The notes below the pieces were generated by a model. That model was not told the DNA's origin and did not search any database. It worked only from the letters and a program-made list of their open reading frames with translations. Both the position numbers and the translations under genes were made by a program. DNA of 64,000 nucleotides from the human T2T-CHM13v2.0 reference genome, Homo sapiens: the NCBI RefSeq assembly GCF_009914755.1, contig NC_060942.1. One strand, written 5' to 3'. Numbering within the stretch: the first letter of the stretch is position 1; each line of letters opens with the position of its first letter. Below, piece by piece: positions 51,541 to 64,000 of the stretch.

Positions 51541-54500
51541 AACGGGATTGTCTTCAGAGAAAATCTAGACAGAAGCATTCTCAGAAACTTCTTTGGGATG
51601 TTTGCATTCAAGTCACAGAGTAGAACATTCCCTTTGGTAGAGCAGGTTTGAAACACTCTTTTTTTAGTATATGGAAGTGGACATTTGGAGCGCTTTCAGG
51701 CCTACGTTGGAAAAGGAAATATCTTCCCATAACAACTAGACAGAAGCATTCTCAGAAACTAGTTTCTGATGTGTGTCCTCAACTAACACAGTTGAACATT
51801 TCTTTAGACAGAACAGTTTTGAAACACTCTTTTTGTGGAATCTGCAAGTGGCTATTTGGCTAGATTTGAGGATTTCGTTGGAAACGGGATTACATATAAA
51901 AAGCAGTCAGCAGCATTCTCAGAAAGTTCTTTGTGATGATTGCATTCAAGTCACAGAATTGAACATTCCCTTTCACAGAGCAGGTTTGAAACACTCTTTT
52001 TGTAGTGTGTGTAAGTGGACATTTGGAGCACTTACCGGCCTAAGGTGAAAAAGGAAATATCTTCCCATAAAAACTAGACAGAAGCATTCTCAGAAACTTA
52101 CTCGTGATGTGTGTCCTCAACTAAAGGAGTAGAACCTTTCTTTTCATAGAGAAGTTTTGAAACGCTCTTTTTGTGGAATCTGCAAGTGGATATTTGGCTA
52201 GTTTTGAGGATTTCGTTGGAAGCGGGAATTCATACAAATTGCAGACTGCAGCGTTCTGAGAAACATCTTTGTGATGTTTGTATTCAGGACACAGAGTTGA
52301 ACATTCCCTATCATAGAGCAGGTTGGAATCACTCCTTTTGTAGTATCTGGAAGTGGACATTTGGAGCGCTTTCAGGCCTATGTTGGAAAAGGAAATATCT
52401 TCCCATAACAACTAGACAGAAGCATTCTCAGAAACTTATTTGAGATGTGTGTACTCAACTAAGAGAATTGAACCACCGTTTTGAAGGAGCAGTTTTGAAA
52501 CTCTCTTTTTCTGGAATCTGCAAGTGGATATTTGGCTAGCTTTGGGGATTTCGCTGGAAGCGGGAATACATATAAAAAGCACACAGCAGCGTTCTGAGAA
52601 ACTGCTTTCTGATGTTTGCATTCAAGTCAAAAGTTGAACACTCCCTTTCATAGAGCAGTCTTGAAACACCCCTTTTGTAGTATCTGGAACTGGACTTTTG
52701 GAGCGATTTCAGGGCTAAGGTGAAAAAGGAAATATCTTCCCATAAAAACTGGACAGAAGCATTCTCAGAAACTTGTTTATGCTGTATCTACTCAACTAAC
52801 AAAGTTGAACCTTTCTTTTGATAGAGCAGTTTTGAAATGGTCTTTTTGTGGAATCTGCAAGTGGATATTTGGCTAGTTTTGAGGATTTCGTTGGAAGCGG
52901 GAATTCATACAAATTGCAGACTGCAGCGTTCTGAGAAACATCTTTGTGATGTTTGTATTCAGGACACAGAGTTGAACATTCCCTATCATAGAGCAGGTTG
53001 GAATCACTCCTTTTGTAGTATCTGGAAGTGGACATTTGGAGCGCTTTCAGGCCTATGTTGGAAAGGGAAATATCTTCCCGTAACAACTATGCAGAAGCAT
53101 TCTCAGAAACTTGTTTGTGATGTGTGCCCTCTACTGACAGAGTTGAACCTTTCTTTTCATAGAGCAGTTTTGAAACACTCTTTTTGTAGAATCTGCAAGA
53201 GGATATTTGCATAGCTTTGAGGATTTCGTGGGAAACGGGATTGTCTTCAGGTAAAATCTAGACAGAAGCATTCTCAGAAACTTCTTTGGGATGTTTGCAT
53301 TCAAGTCACAGAGTAGAACATTCCCTTTGGTAGAGCAGGTTTGAAACACTCTTTTTGTAGTATCTGGAAGTGGACATTTGGAGCGCTTTCAGGCCCATGT
53401 TGGAAAGGGAAATATCTTCCCGTAACAACTAGGCAGAAGCATTCTCAGAAACTTATTTGAGATGTGTGTACTCAACTAAGAGAATTGAACCACCGTTTTG
53501 AAGGAGCAGTTTTGAAACACTCTTTTTCTGGAATCTGCAAGAGTATATTTGCCTAGCCTTGAGGATTTCGTTGGAAACGGGATTGTCTTCAGAGAAAATC
53601 TAGACAGAAGCATTCTCAGAAACTTCTTTGGGATGTTTGCATTCAAGTCACAGAGTAGAACATTCCCTTTGGTAGAGCAGGTTTGAAACACTCTTTTTTT
53701 AGTATATGGAAGTGGACATTTGGAGCGCTTTCAGGCCTACGTTGGAAAAGGAAATATCTTCCCATAACAACTAGACAGAAGCATTCTCAGAAACTAGTTT
53801 CTGATGTGTGTCCTCAACTAACACAGTTGAACATTTCTTTAGACAGAACAGTTTTGAAACACTCTTTTTGTGGAATCTGCAAGTGGCTATTTGGCTAGAT
53901 TTGAGGATTTCGTTGGAAACGGGATTACATATAAAAAGCAGTCAGCAGCATTCTCAGAAAGTTCTTTGTGATGATTGCATTCAAGTCACAGAATTGAACA
54001 TTCCCTTTCACAGAGCAGGTTTGAAACACTCTTTTTGTAGTGTGTGTAAGTGGACATTTGGAGCACTTACCGGCCTAAGGTGAAAAAGGAAATATCTTCC
54101 CATAAAAACTAGACAGAAGCATTCTCAGAAACTTACTCGTGATGTGTGTCCTCAACTAAAGGAGTAGAACCTTTCTTTTCATAGAGAAGTTTTGAAACGC
54201 TCTTTTTGTGGAATCTGCAAGTGGATATTTGGCTAGTTTTGAGGATTTCGTTGGAAGCGGGAATTCATACAAATTGCAGACTGCAGCGTTCTGAGAAACA
54301 TCTTTGTGATGTTTGTATTCAGGACACAGAGTTGAACATTCCCTATCATAGAGCAGGTTGGAATCACTCCTTTTGTAGTATCTGGAAGTGGACATTTGGA
54401 GCGCTTTCAGGCCTATGTTGGAAAAGGAAATATCTTCCCATAACAACTAGACAGAAGCATTCTCAGAAACTTATTTGAGATGTGTGTACTCAACTAAGAG

Positions 54501-57500
54501 AATTGAACCACCGTTTTGAAGGAGCAGTTTTGAAACTCTCTTTTTCTGGAATCTGCAAGTGGATATTTGGCTAGCTTTGGGGATTTCGCTGGAAGCGGGA
54601 ATACATATAAAAAGCACACAGCAGCGTTCTGAGAAACTGCTTTCTGATGTTTGCATTCAAGTCAAAAGTTGAACACTCCCTTTCATAGAGCAGTCTTGAA
54701 ACACCCCTTTTGTAGTATCTGGAACTGGACTTTTGGAGCGATTTCAGGGCTAAGGTGAAAAAGGAAATATCTTCCCATAAAAACTGGACAGAAGCATTCT
54801 CAGAAACTTGGTTATGCTGTATCTACTCAACTAACAAAGTTGAACCTTTCTTTTGATAGAGCAGTTTTGAAATGGTCTTTTTGTGGAATCTGCAAGTGGA
54901 TATTTGGCTAGTTTTGAGGATTTCGTTGGAAGCGGGAATTCATACAAATTGCAGACTGCAGCGTTCTGAGAAACATCTTTGTGATGTTTGTATTCAGGAC
55001 ACAGAGTTGAACATTCCCTATCATAGAGCAGGTTGGAATCACTCCTTTTGTAGTATCTGGAAGTGGACATTTGGAGCGCTTTCAGGCCTATTTTGGAAAG
55101 GGAAATATCTTCCCGTAACAACTATGCAGAAGCATTCTCAGAAACTTGTTTGTGATGTGTGCCCTCTACTGACAGAGTTGAACCTTTCTTTTCATAGAGC
55201 AGTTTTGAAACACTCTTTTTGTAGAATCTGCAAGAGGATATTTGCATAGCTTTGAGGATTTCGTGGGAAACGGGATTGTCTTCAGGTAAAATCTAGACAG
55301 AAGCATTCTCAGAAACTTCTTTGGGATGTTTGCATTCAAGTCACAGAGTAGAACATTCCCTTTGGTAGAGCAGGTTTGAAACACTCTTTTTGTAGTATCT
55401 GGAAGTGGACATTTGGAGCGCTTTCAGGCCCATGTTGGAAAGGGAAATATCTTCCCGTAACAACTAGGCAGAAGCATTCTCAGAAACTTATTTGAGATGT
55501 GTGTACTCAACTAAGAGAATTGAACCACCGTTTTGAAGGAGCAGTTTTGAAACACTCTTTTTCTGGAATCTGCAAGAGTATATTTGCCTAGCCTTGAGGA
55601 TTTCGTTGGAAACGGGATTGTCTTCAGAGAAAATCTAGACAGAAGCATTCTCAGAAACTTCTTTGGGATGTTTGCATTCAAGTCACAGAGTAGAACATTC
55701 CCTTTGGTAGAGCAGGTTTGAAACACTCTTTTTGTAGTATCTGGAAGTGGACATTTGGAGCGCTTTCAGGCCTACGTTGGAAAAGGAAATATCTTCCCAT
55801 AACAACTAGACAGAAGCATTCTCAGAAACTAGTTTCTGATGTGTGTCCTCAACTAACACAGTTGAACATTTCTTTAGACAGAACAGTTTTGAAACACTCT
55901 TTTTGTGGAATCTGCAAGTGGCTATTTGGCTAGATTTGAGGATTTCGTTGGAAACGGGATTACATATAAAAAGCAGTCAGCAGCATTCTCAGAAAGTTCT
56001 TTGTGATGATTGCATTCAAGTCACAGAATTGAACATTCCCTTTCACAGAGCAGGTTTGAAACACTCTTTTTGTAGTGTGTGTAAGTGGACATTTGGAGCA
56101 CTTACCGGCCTAAGGTGAAAAAGGAAATATCTTCCCATAAAAACTAGACAGAAGCATTCTCAGAAACTTACTCGTGATGTGTGTCCTCAACTAAAGGAGT
56201 AGAACCTTTCTTTTCATAGAGAAGTTTTGAAACGCTCTTTTTGTGGAATCTGCAAGTGGATATTTGGCTAGTTTTGAGGATTTCGTTGGAAGCGGGAATT
56301 CATACAAATTGCAGACTGCAGCGTTCTGAGAAACATCTTTGTGATGTTTGTATTCAGGACACAGAGTTGAACATTCCCTATCATAGAGCAGGTTGGAATC
56401 ACTCCTTTTGTAGTATCTGGAAGTGGACATTTGGAGCGCTTTCAGGCCTATGTTGGAAAAGGAAATATCTTCCCATAACAACTAGACAGAAGCATTCTCA
56501 GAAACTTATTTGAGATGTGTGTACTCAACTAAGAGAATTGAACCACCGTTTTGAAGGAGCAGTTTTGAAACTCTCTTTTTCTGGAATCTGCAAGTGGATA
56601 TTTGGCTAGCTTTGGGGATTTCGCTGGAAGCGGGAATACATATAAAAAGCACACAGCAGCGTTCTGAGAAACTGCTTTCTGATGTTTGCATTCAAGTCAA
56701 AAGTTGAACACTCCCTTTCATAGAGCAGTCTTGAAACACCCCTTTTGTAGTATCTGGAACTGGACTTTTGGAGCGATTTCAGGGCTAAGGTGAAAAAGGA
56801 AATATCTTCCCATAAAAACTGGACAGAAGCATTCTCAGAAACTTGGTTATGCTGTATCTACTCAACTAACAAAGTTGAACCTTTCTTTTGATAGAGCAGT
56901 TTTGAAATGGTCTTTTTGTGGAATCTGCAAGTGGATATTTGGCTAGTTTTGAGGATTTCGTTGGAAGCGGGAATTCATACAAATTGCAGACCGCAGCGTT
57001 CTGAGAAACATCTTTGTGATGTTTGTATTCAGGACACAGAGTTGAACATTCCCTATCATAGAGCAGGTTGGAATCACTCCTTTTGTAGTATCTGGAAGTG
57101 GACATTTGGAGCGCTTTCAGGCCTATTTTGGAAAGGGAAATATCTTCCCGTAACAACTATGCAGAAGCATTCTCAGAAACTTGTTTGTGATGTGTGCCCT
57201 CTACTGACAGAGTTGAACCTTTCTTTTCATAGAGCAGTTTTGAAACACTCTTTTTGTAGAATCTGCAAGAGGATATTTGCATAGCTTTGAGGATTTCGTG
57301 GGAAACGGGATTGTCTTCAGGTAAAATCTAGACAGAAGCATTCTCAGAAACTTCTTTGGGATGTTTGCATTCAAGTCACAGAGTAGAACATTCCCTTTGG
57401 TAGAGCAGGTTTGAAACACTCTTTTTGTAGTATCTGGAAGTGGACATTTGGAGCGCTTTCAGGCCCATGTTGGAAAGGGAAATATCTTCCCGTAACAACT

Positions 57501-60500
57501 AGGCAGAAGCATTCTCAGAAACTTATTTGAGATGTGTGTACTCAACTAAGAGAATTGAACCACCGTTTTGAAGGAGCAGTTTTGAAACACTCTTTTTCTG
57601 GAATCTGCAAGAGTATATTTGCCTAGCCTTGAGGATTTCGTTGGAAACGGGATTGTCTTCAGAGAAAATCTAGACAGAAGCATTCTCAGAAACTTCTTTG
57701 GGATGTTTGCATTCAAGTCACAGAGTAGAACATTCCCTTTGGTAGAGCAGGTTTGAAACACTCTTTTTTTAGTATATGGAAGTGGACATTTGGATCGCTT
57801 TCAGGCCTACGTTGGAAAAGGAAATATCTTCCCATAACAACTAGACAGAAGCATTCTCAGAAACTAGTTTCTGATGTGTGTCCTCAACTAACACAGTTGA
57901 ACATTTCTTTAGACAGAACAGTTTTGAAACACTCTTTTTGTGGAATCTGCAAGTGGCTATTTGGCTAGATTTGAGGATTTCGTTGGAAACGGGATTACAT
58001 ATAAAAAGCAGTCAGCAGCATTCTCAGAAAGTTCTTTGTGATGATTGCATTCAAGTCACAGAATTGAACATTCCCTTTCACAGAGCAGGTTTGAAACACT
58101 CTTTTTGTAGTGTGTGTAAGTGGACATTTGGAGCACTTACCGGCCTAAGGTGAAAAAGGAAATATCTTCCCATAAAAACTAGACAGAAGCATTCTCAGAA
58201 ACTTACTCGTGATGTGTGTCCTCAACTAAAGGAGTAGAACCTTTCTTTTCATAGAGAAGTTTTGAAACGCTCTTTTTGTGGAATCTGCAAGTGGATATTT
58301 GGCTAGTTTTGAGGATTTCGTTGGAAGCGGGAATTCATACAAATTGCAGACTGCAGCGTTCTGAGAAACATCTTTGTGATGTTTGTATTCAGGACACAGA
58401 GTTGAACATTCCCTATCATAGAGCAGGTTGGAATCACTCCTTTTGTAGTATCTGGAAGTGGACATTTGGAGCGCTTTCAGGCCTATGTTGGAAAAGGAAA
58501 TATCTTCCCATAACAACTAGACAGAAGCATTCTCAGAAACTTATTTGAGATGTGTGTACTCAACTAAGAGAATTGAACCACCGTTTTGAAGGAGCAGTTT
58601 TGAAACTCTCTTTTTCTGGAATCTGCAAGTGGATATTTGGCTAGCTTTGGGGATTTCGCTGGAAGCGGGAATACATATAAAAAGCACACAGCAGCGTTCT
58701 GAGAAACTGCTTTCTGATGTTTGCATTCAAGTCAAAAGTTGAACACTCCCTTTCATAGAGCAGTCTTGAAACACCCCTTTTGTAGTATCTGGAACTGGAC
58801 TTTTGGAGCGATTTCAGGGCTAAGGTGAAAAAGGAAATATCTTCCCATAAAAACTGGACAGAAGCATTCTCAGAAACTTGGTTATGCTGTATCTACTCAA
58901 CTAACAAAGTTGAACCTTTCTTTTGATAGAGCAGTTTTGAAATGGTCTTTTTGTGGAATCTGCAAGTGGATATTTGGCTAGTTTTGAGGATTTCGTTGGA
59001 AGCGGGAATTCATACAAATTGCAGACTGCAGCGTTCTGAGAAACATCTTTGTGATGTTTGTATTCAGGACACAGAGTTGAACATTCCCTATCATAGAGCA
59101 GGTTGGAATCACTCCTTTTGTAGTATCTGGAAGTGGACATTTGGAGCGCTTTCAGGCCTATTTTGGAAAGGGAAATATCTTCCCGTAACAACTATGCAGA
59201 AGCATTCTCAGAAACTTGTTTGTGATGTGTGCCCTCTACTGACAGAGTTGAACCTTTCTTTTCATAGAGCAGTTTTGAAACACTCTTTTTGTAGAATCTG
59301 CAAGAGGATATTTGCATAGCTTTGAGGATTTCGTGGGAAACGGGATTGTCTTCAGGTAAAATCTAGACAGAAGCATTCTCAGAAACTTCTTTGGGATGTT
59401 TGCATTCAAGTCACAGAGTAGAACATTCCCTTTGGTAGAGCAGGTTTGAAACACTCTTTTTGTAGTATCTGGAAGTGGACATTTGGAGCGCTTTCAGGCC
59501 CATGTTGGAAAGGGAAATATCTTCCCGTAACAACTAGGCAGAAGCATTCTCAGAAACTTATTTGAGATGTGTGTACTCAACTAAGAGAATTGAACCACCG
59601 TTTTGAAGGAGCAGTTTTGAAACACTCTTTTTCTGGAATCTGCAAGAGTATATTTGCCTAGCCTTGAGGATTTCGTTGGAAACGGGATTGTCTTCAGAGA
59701 AAATCTAGACAGAAGCATTCTCAGAAACTTCTTTGGGATGTTTGCATTCAAGTCACAGAGTAGAACATTCCCTTTGGTAGAGCAGGTTTGAAACACTCTT
59801 TTTGTAGTATCTGGAAGTGGACATTTGGAGCGCTTTCAGGCCTACGTTGGAAAAGGAAATATCTTCCCATAACAACTAGACAGAAGCATTCTCAGAAACT
59901 AGTTTCTGATGTGTGTCCTCAACTAACACAGTTGAACATTTCTTTAGACAGAACAGTTTTGAAACACTCTTTTTGTGGAATCTGCAAGTGGCTATTTGGC
60001 TAGATTTGAGGATTTCGTTGGAAACGGGATTACATATAAAAAGCAGTCAGCAGCATTCTCAGAAAGTTCTTTGTGATGATTGCATTCAAGTCACAGAATT
60101 GAACATTCCCTTTCACAGAGCAGGTTTGAAACACTCTTTTTGTAGTGTGTGTAAGTGGACATTTGGAGCACTTACCGGCCTAAGGTGAAAAAGGAAATAT
60201 CTTCCCATAAAAACTAGACAGAAGCATTCTCAGAAACTTACTCGTGATGTGTGTCCTCAACTAAAGGAGTAGAACCTTTCTTTTCATAGAGAAGTTTTGA
60301 AACGCTCTTTTTGTGGAATCTGCAAGTGGATATTTGGCTAGTTTTGAGGATTTCGTTGGAAGCGGGAATTCATACAAATTGCAGACTGCAGCGTTCTGAG
60401 AAACATCTTTGTGATGTTTGTATTCAGGACACAGAGTTGAACATTCCCTATCATAGAGCAGGTTGGAATCACTCCTTTTGTAGTATCTGGAAGTGGACAT

Positions 60501-63500
60501 TTGGAGCGCTTTCAGGCCTATGTTGGAAAAGGAAATATCTTCCCATAACAACTAGACAGAAGCATTCTCAGAAACTTATTTGAGATGTGTGTACTCAACT
60601 AAGAGAATTGAACCACCGTTTTGAAGGAGCAGTTTTGAAACTCTCTTTTTCTGGAATCTGCAAGTGGATATTTGGCTAGCTTTGGGGATTTCGCTGGAAG
60701 CGGGAATACATATAAAAAGCACACAGCAGCGTTCTGAGAAACTGCTTTCTGATGTTTGCATTCAAGTCAAAAGTTGAACACTCCCTTTCATAGAGCAGTC
60801 TTGAAACACCCCTTTTGTAGTATCTGGAACTGGACTTTTGGAGCGATTTCAGGGCTAAGGTGAAAAAGGAAATATCTTCCCATAAAAACTGGACAGAAGC
60901 ATTCTCAGAAACTTGTTTATGCTGTATCTACTCAACTAACAAAGTTGAACCTTTCTTTTGATAGAGCAGTTTTGAAATGGTCTTTTTGTGGAATCTGCAA
61001 GTGGATATTTGGCTAGTTTTGAGGATTTCGTTGGAAGCGGGAATTCATACAAATTGCAGACTGCAGCGTTCTGAGAAACATCTTTGTGATGTTTGTATTC
61101 AGGACACAGAGTTGAACATTCCCTATCATAGAGCAGGTTGGAATCACTCCTTTTGTAGTATCTGGAAGTGGACATTTGGAGCGCTTTCAGGCCTATTTTG
61201 GAAAGGGAAATATCTTCCCGTAACAACTATGCAGAAGCATTCTCAGAAACTTGTTTGTGATGTGTGCCCTCTACTGACAGAGTTGAACCTTTCTTTTCAT
61301 AGAGCAGTTTTGAAACACTCTTTTTGTAGAATCTGCAAGAGGATATTTGCATAGCTTTGAGGATTTCGTGGGAAACGGGATTGTCTTCAGGTAAAATCTA
61401 GACAGAAGCATTCTCAGAAACTTCTTTGGGATGTTTGCATTCAAGTCACAGAGTAGAACATTCCCTTTGGTAGAGCAGGTTTGAAACACTCTTTTTGTAG
61501 TATCTGGAAGTGGACATTTGGAGCGCTTTCAGGCCCATGTTGGAAAGGGAAATATCTTCCCGTAACAACTAGGCAGAAGCATTCTCAGAAACTTATTTGA
61601 GATGTGTGTACTCAACTAAGAGAATTGAACCACCGTTTTGAAGGAGCAGTTTTGAAACACTCTTTTTCTGGAATCTGCAAGAGTATATTTGCCTAGCCTT
61701 GAGGATTTCGTTGGAAACGGGATTGTCTTCAGAGAAAATCTAGACAGAAGCATTCTCAGAAACTTCTTTGGGATGTTTGCATTCAAGTCACAGAGTAGAA
61801 CATTCCCTTTGGTAGAGCAGGTTTGAAACACTCTTTTTTTAGTATATGGAAGTGGACATTTGGATCGCTTTCAGGCCTACGTTGGAAAAGGAAATATCTT
61901 CCCATAACAACTAGACAGAAGCATTCTCAGAAACTAGTTTCTGATGTGTGTCCTCAACTAACACAGTTGAACATTTCTTTAGACAGAACAGTTTTGAAAC
62001 ACTCTTTTTGTGGAATCTGCAAGTGGCTATTTGGCTAGATTTGAGGATTTCGTTGGAAACGGGATTACATATAAAAAGCAGTCAGCAGCATTCTCAGAAA
62101 GTTCTTTGTGATGATTGCATTCAAGTCACAGAATTGAACATTCCCTTTCACAGAGCAGGTTTGAAACACTCTTTTTGTAGTGTGTGTAAGTGGACATTTG
62201 GAGCACTTACCGGCCTAAGGTGAAAAAGGAAATATCTTCCCATAAAAACTAGACAGAAGCATTCTCAGAAACTTACTCGTGATGTGTGTCCTCAACTAAA
62301 GGAGTAGAACCTTTCTTTTCATAGAGAAGTTTTGAAACGCTCTTTTTGTGGAATCTGCAAGTGGATATTTGGCTAGTTTTGAGGATTTCGTTGGAAGCGG
62401 GAATTCATACAAATTGCAGACTGCAGCGTTCTGAGAAACGTCTTTGTGATGTTTGTATTCAGGACACAGAGTTGAACATTCCCTATCATAGAGCAGGTTG
62501 GAATCCCTCCTTTTGTAGTATCTGGAAGTGGACATTTGGAGCGCTTTCAGGCCTATGTTGGAAAAGGAAATATCTTCCCATAACAACTAGACAGAAGCAT
62601 TCTCAGAAACTTATTTGAGATGTGTGTACTCAACTAAGAGAATTGAACCACCGTTTTGAAGGAGCAGTTTTGAAACTCTCTTTTTCTGGAATCTGCAAGT
62701 GGATATTTGGCTAGCTTTGGGGATTTCGCTGGAAGCGGGAATACATATAAAAAGCACACAGCAGCGTTCTGAGAAACTGCTTTCTGATGTTTGCATTCAA
62801 GTCAAAAGTTGAACACTCCCTTTCATAGAGCAGTCTTGAAACACCCCTTTTGTAGTATCTGGAACTGGACTTTTGGAGCGATTTCAGGGCTAAGGTGAAA
62901 AAGGAAATATCTTCCCATAAAAACTGGACAGAAGCATTCTCAGAAACTTGGTTATGCTGTATCTACTCAACTAACAAAGTTGAACCTTTCTTTTGATAGA
63001 GCAGTTTTGAAATGGTCTTTTTGTGGAATCTGCAAGTGGATATTTGGCTAGTTTTGAGGATTTCGTTGGAAGCGGGAATTCATACAAATTGCAGACTGCA
63101 GCGTTCTGAGAAACATCTTTGTGATGTTTGTATTCAGGACACAGAGTTGAACATTCCCTATCATAGAGCAGGTTGGAATCACTCCTTTTGTAGTATCTGG
63201 AAGTGGACATTTGGAGCGCTTTCAGGCCTATTTTGGAAAGGGAAATATCTTCCCGTAACAACTATGCAGAAGCATTCTCAGAAACTTGTTTGTGATGTGT
63301 GCCCTCTACTGACAGAGTTGAACCTTTCTTTTCATAGAGCAGTTTTGAAACACTCTTTTTGTAGAATCTGCAAGAGGATATTTGCATAGCTTTGAGGATT
63401 TCGTGGGAAACGGGATTGTCTTCAGGTAAAATCTAGACAGAAGCATTCTCAGAAACTTCTTTGGGATGTTTGCATTCAAGTCACAGAGTAGAACATTCCC

Positions 63501-64000
63501 TTTGGTAGAGCAGGTTTGAAACACTCTTTTTGTAGTATCTGGAAGTGGACATTTGGAGCGCTTTCAGGCCCATGTTGGAAAGGGAAATATCTTCCCGTAA
63601 CAACTAGGCAGAAGCATTCTCAGAAACTTATTTGAGATGTGTGTACTCAACTAAGAGAATTGAACCACCGTTTTGAAGGAGCAGTTTTGAAACACTCTTT
63701 TTCTGGAATCTGCAAGAGTATATTTGCCTAGCCTTGAGGATTTCGTTGGAAACGGGATTGTCTTCAGAGAAAATCTAGACAGAAGCATTCTCAGAAACTT
63801 CTTTGGGATGTTTGCATTCAAGTCACAGAGTAGAACATTCCCTTTGGTAGAGCAGGTTTGAAACACTCTTTTTTTAGTATATGGAAGTGGACATTTGGAT
63901 CGCTTTCAGGCCTACGTTGGAAAAGGAAATATCTTCCCATAACAACTAGACAGAAGCATTCTCAGAAACTAGTTTCTGATGTGTGTCCTCAACTAACACA
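51541..64000 (+). repeat. Run of 6 canonical 12-mer HORs (U26-U31) plus a partial unit from 63751
   Basis: Exact 2035-bp spacing of ORFs from 51648 to 61823. Confidence 0.95.

Larger units (their letters stand above)
1..64000 (+). repeat. Centromeric alpha-satellite HOR array (about 376 monomers in 31 complete HORs), dimeric SF2-like, probably D18Z1 (human chromosome 18 active array)
   Basis: Seen: ~171-bp monomers with alphoid hallmarks (CATTCTCAGAAAC, TTTGAAACACTCTTTTTGTAG, AAGTGGACATTTGGAGCGCTT), CENP-B boxes in alternate monomers and a 2035-bp period (ORF starts 108, 2143, 4178...). Knowledge: D18Z1 is a 12-mer SF2 array with ~0.68 and ~1.36 kb EcoRI fragments; EcoRI sites here at 686, 1361 and 2721 give 675 and 1360 bp. 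The alpha-satellite call is near certain. The chromosome assignment is from memory (about 0.8). Confidence 0.98.

Noticed and set aside
108-63866. Numerous 61-125 aa ORFs on both strands (MKHSFFSIWKW..., MVFLWNLQVDIW..., MFQTCSTKGNV...)
   Set aside because: They are chance open frames of alpha satellite that recur with the HOR period. They overlap on both strands, often use non-ATG starts and show no recognisable domain.
1-64000. CRISPR-like array of a conserved motif (CAGAAGCATTCTCAGAAAC) separated by spacers
   Set aside because: The intervening sequences are homologous ~150-bp monomer bodies that repeat exactly every HOR rather than unique spacers; there are no cas genes.
1-64000. DXZ1 (X chromosome 12-mer) as the identity of the array
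   Set aside because: DXZ1 is a ~2057-bp pentamer-based SF3 HOR. This unit is 2035 bp and strictly dimeric, with a CENP-B box in every second monomer.
1-64000. Transposon insertion, inversion or non-satellite island
   Set aside because: Unit lengths sum exactly (27x2035 - 1 + 2x1693 + 2x2710 = 63750) and ORF strand order never flips, leaving no room for foreign sequence.

Overview
The whole 64 kb window is one uninterrupted, head-to-tail primate (very likely human) centromeric alpha-satellite higher-order-repeat (HOR) array, all in one orientation. The canonical unit is a 12-monomer, 2035-bp HOR of dimeric (suprachromosomal family 2-like) type. It carries a CENP-B box in every second monomer and two EcoRI sites giving 675 + 1360 bp fragments, which best fits the chromosome 18 active array D18Z1 (recalled, not searched). 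I count 31 complete HORs (27 x 12-mer, one of them 1 bp short; 2 x 10-mer of 1693 bp; 2 x 16-mer of 2710 bp) plus a partial unit from 63751. I see no genes, RNA genes, transposon insertions or inversions; the ORF track is a by-product of the repeat. I did not find a new gene system. The noteworthy signal is structural: marker SNVs show a hidden two-HOR alternation over about 29 kb, nested 7798-bp and 4745-bp multi-HOR duplications, structural variants whose breakpoints fall in perfect intra-HOR homology blocks, and signs of short-tract gene conversion. Unit numbering: U1 starts at 1; monomers m1-m12 of U1 start at the CATTCTCAG/CGTTCTGAG motif at 36, 207, 374, 545, 712, 883, 1050, 1220, 1387, 1558, 1729 and 1900. 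Variants were read by eye, so some may have been missed.
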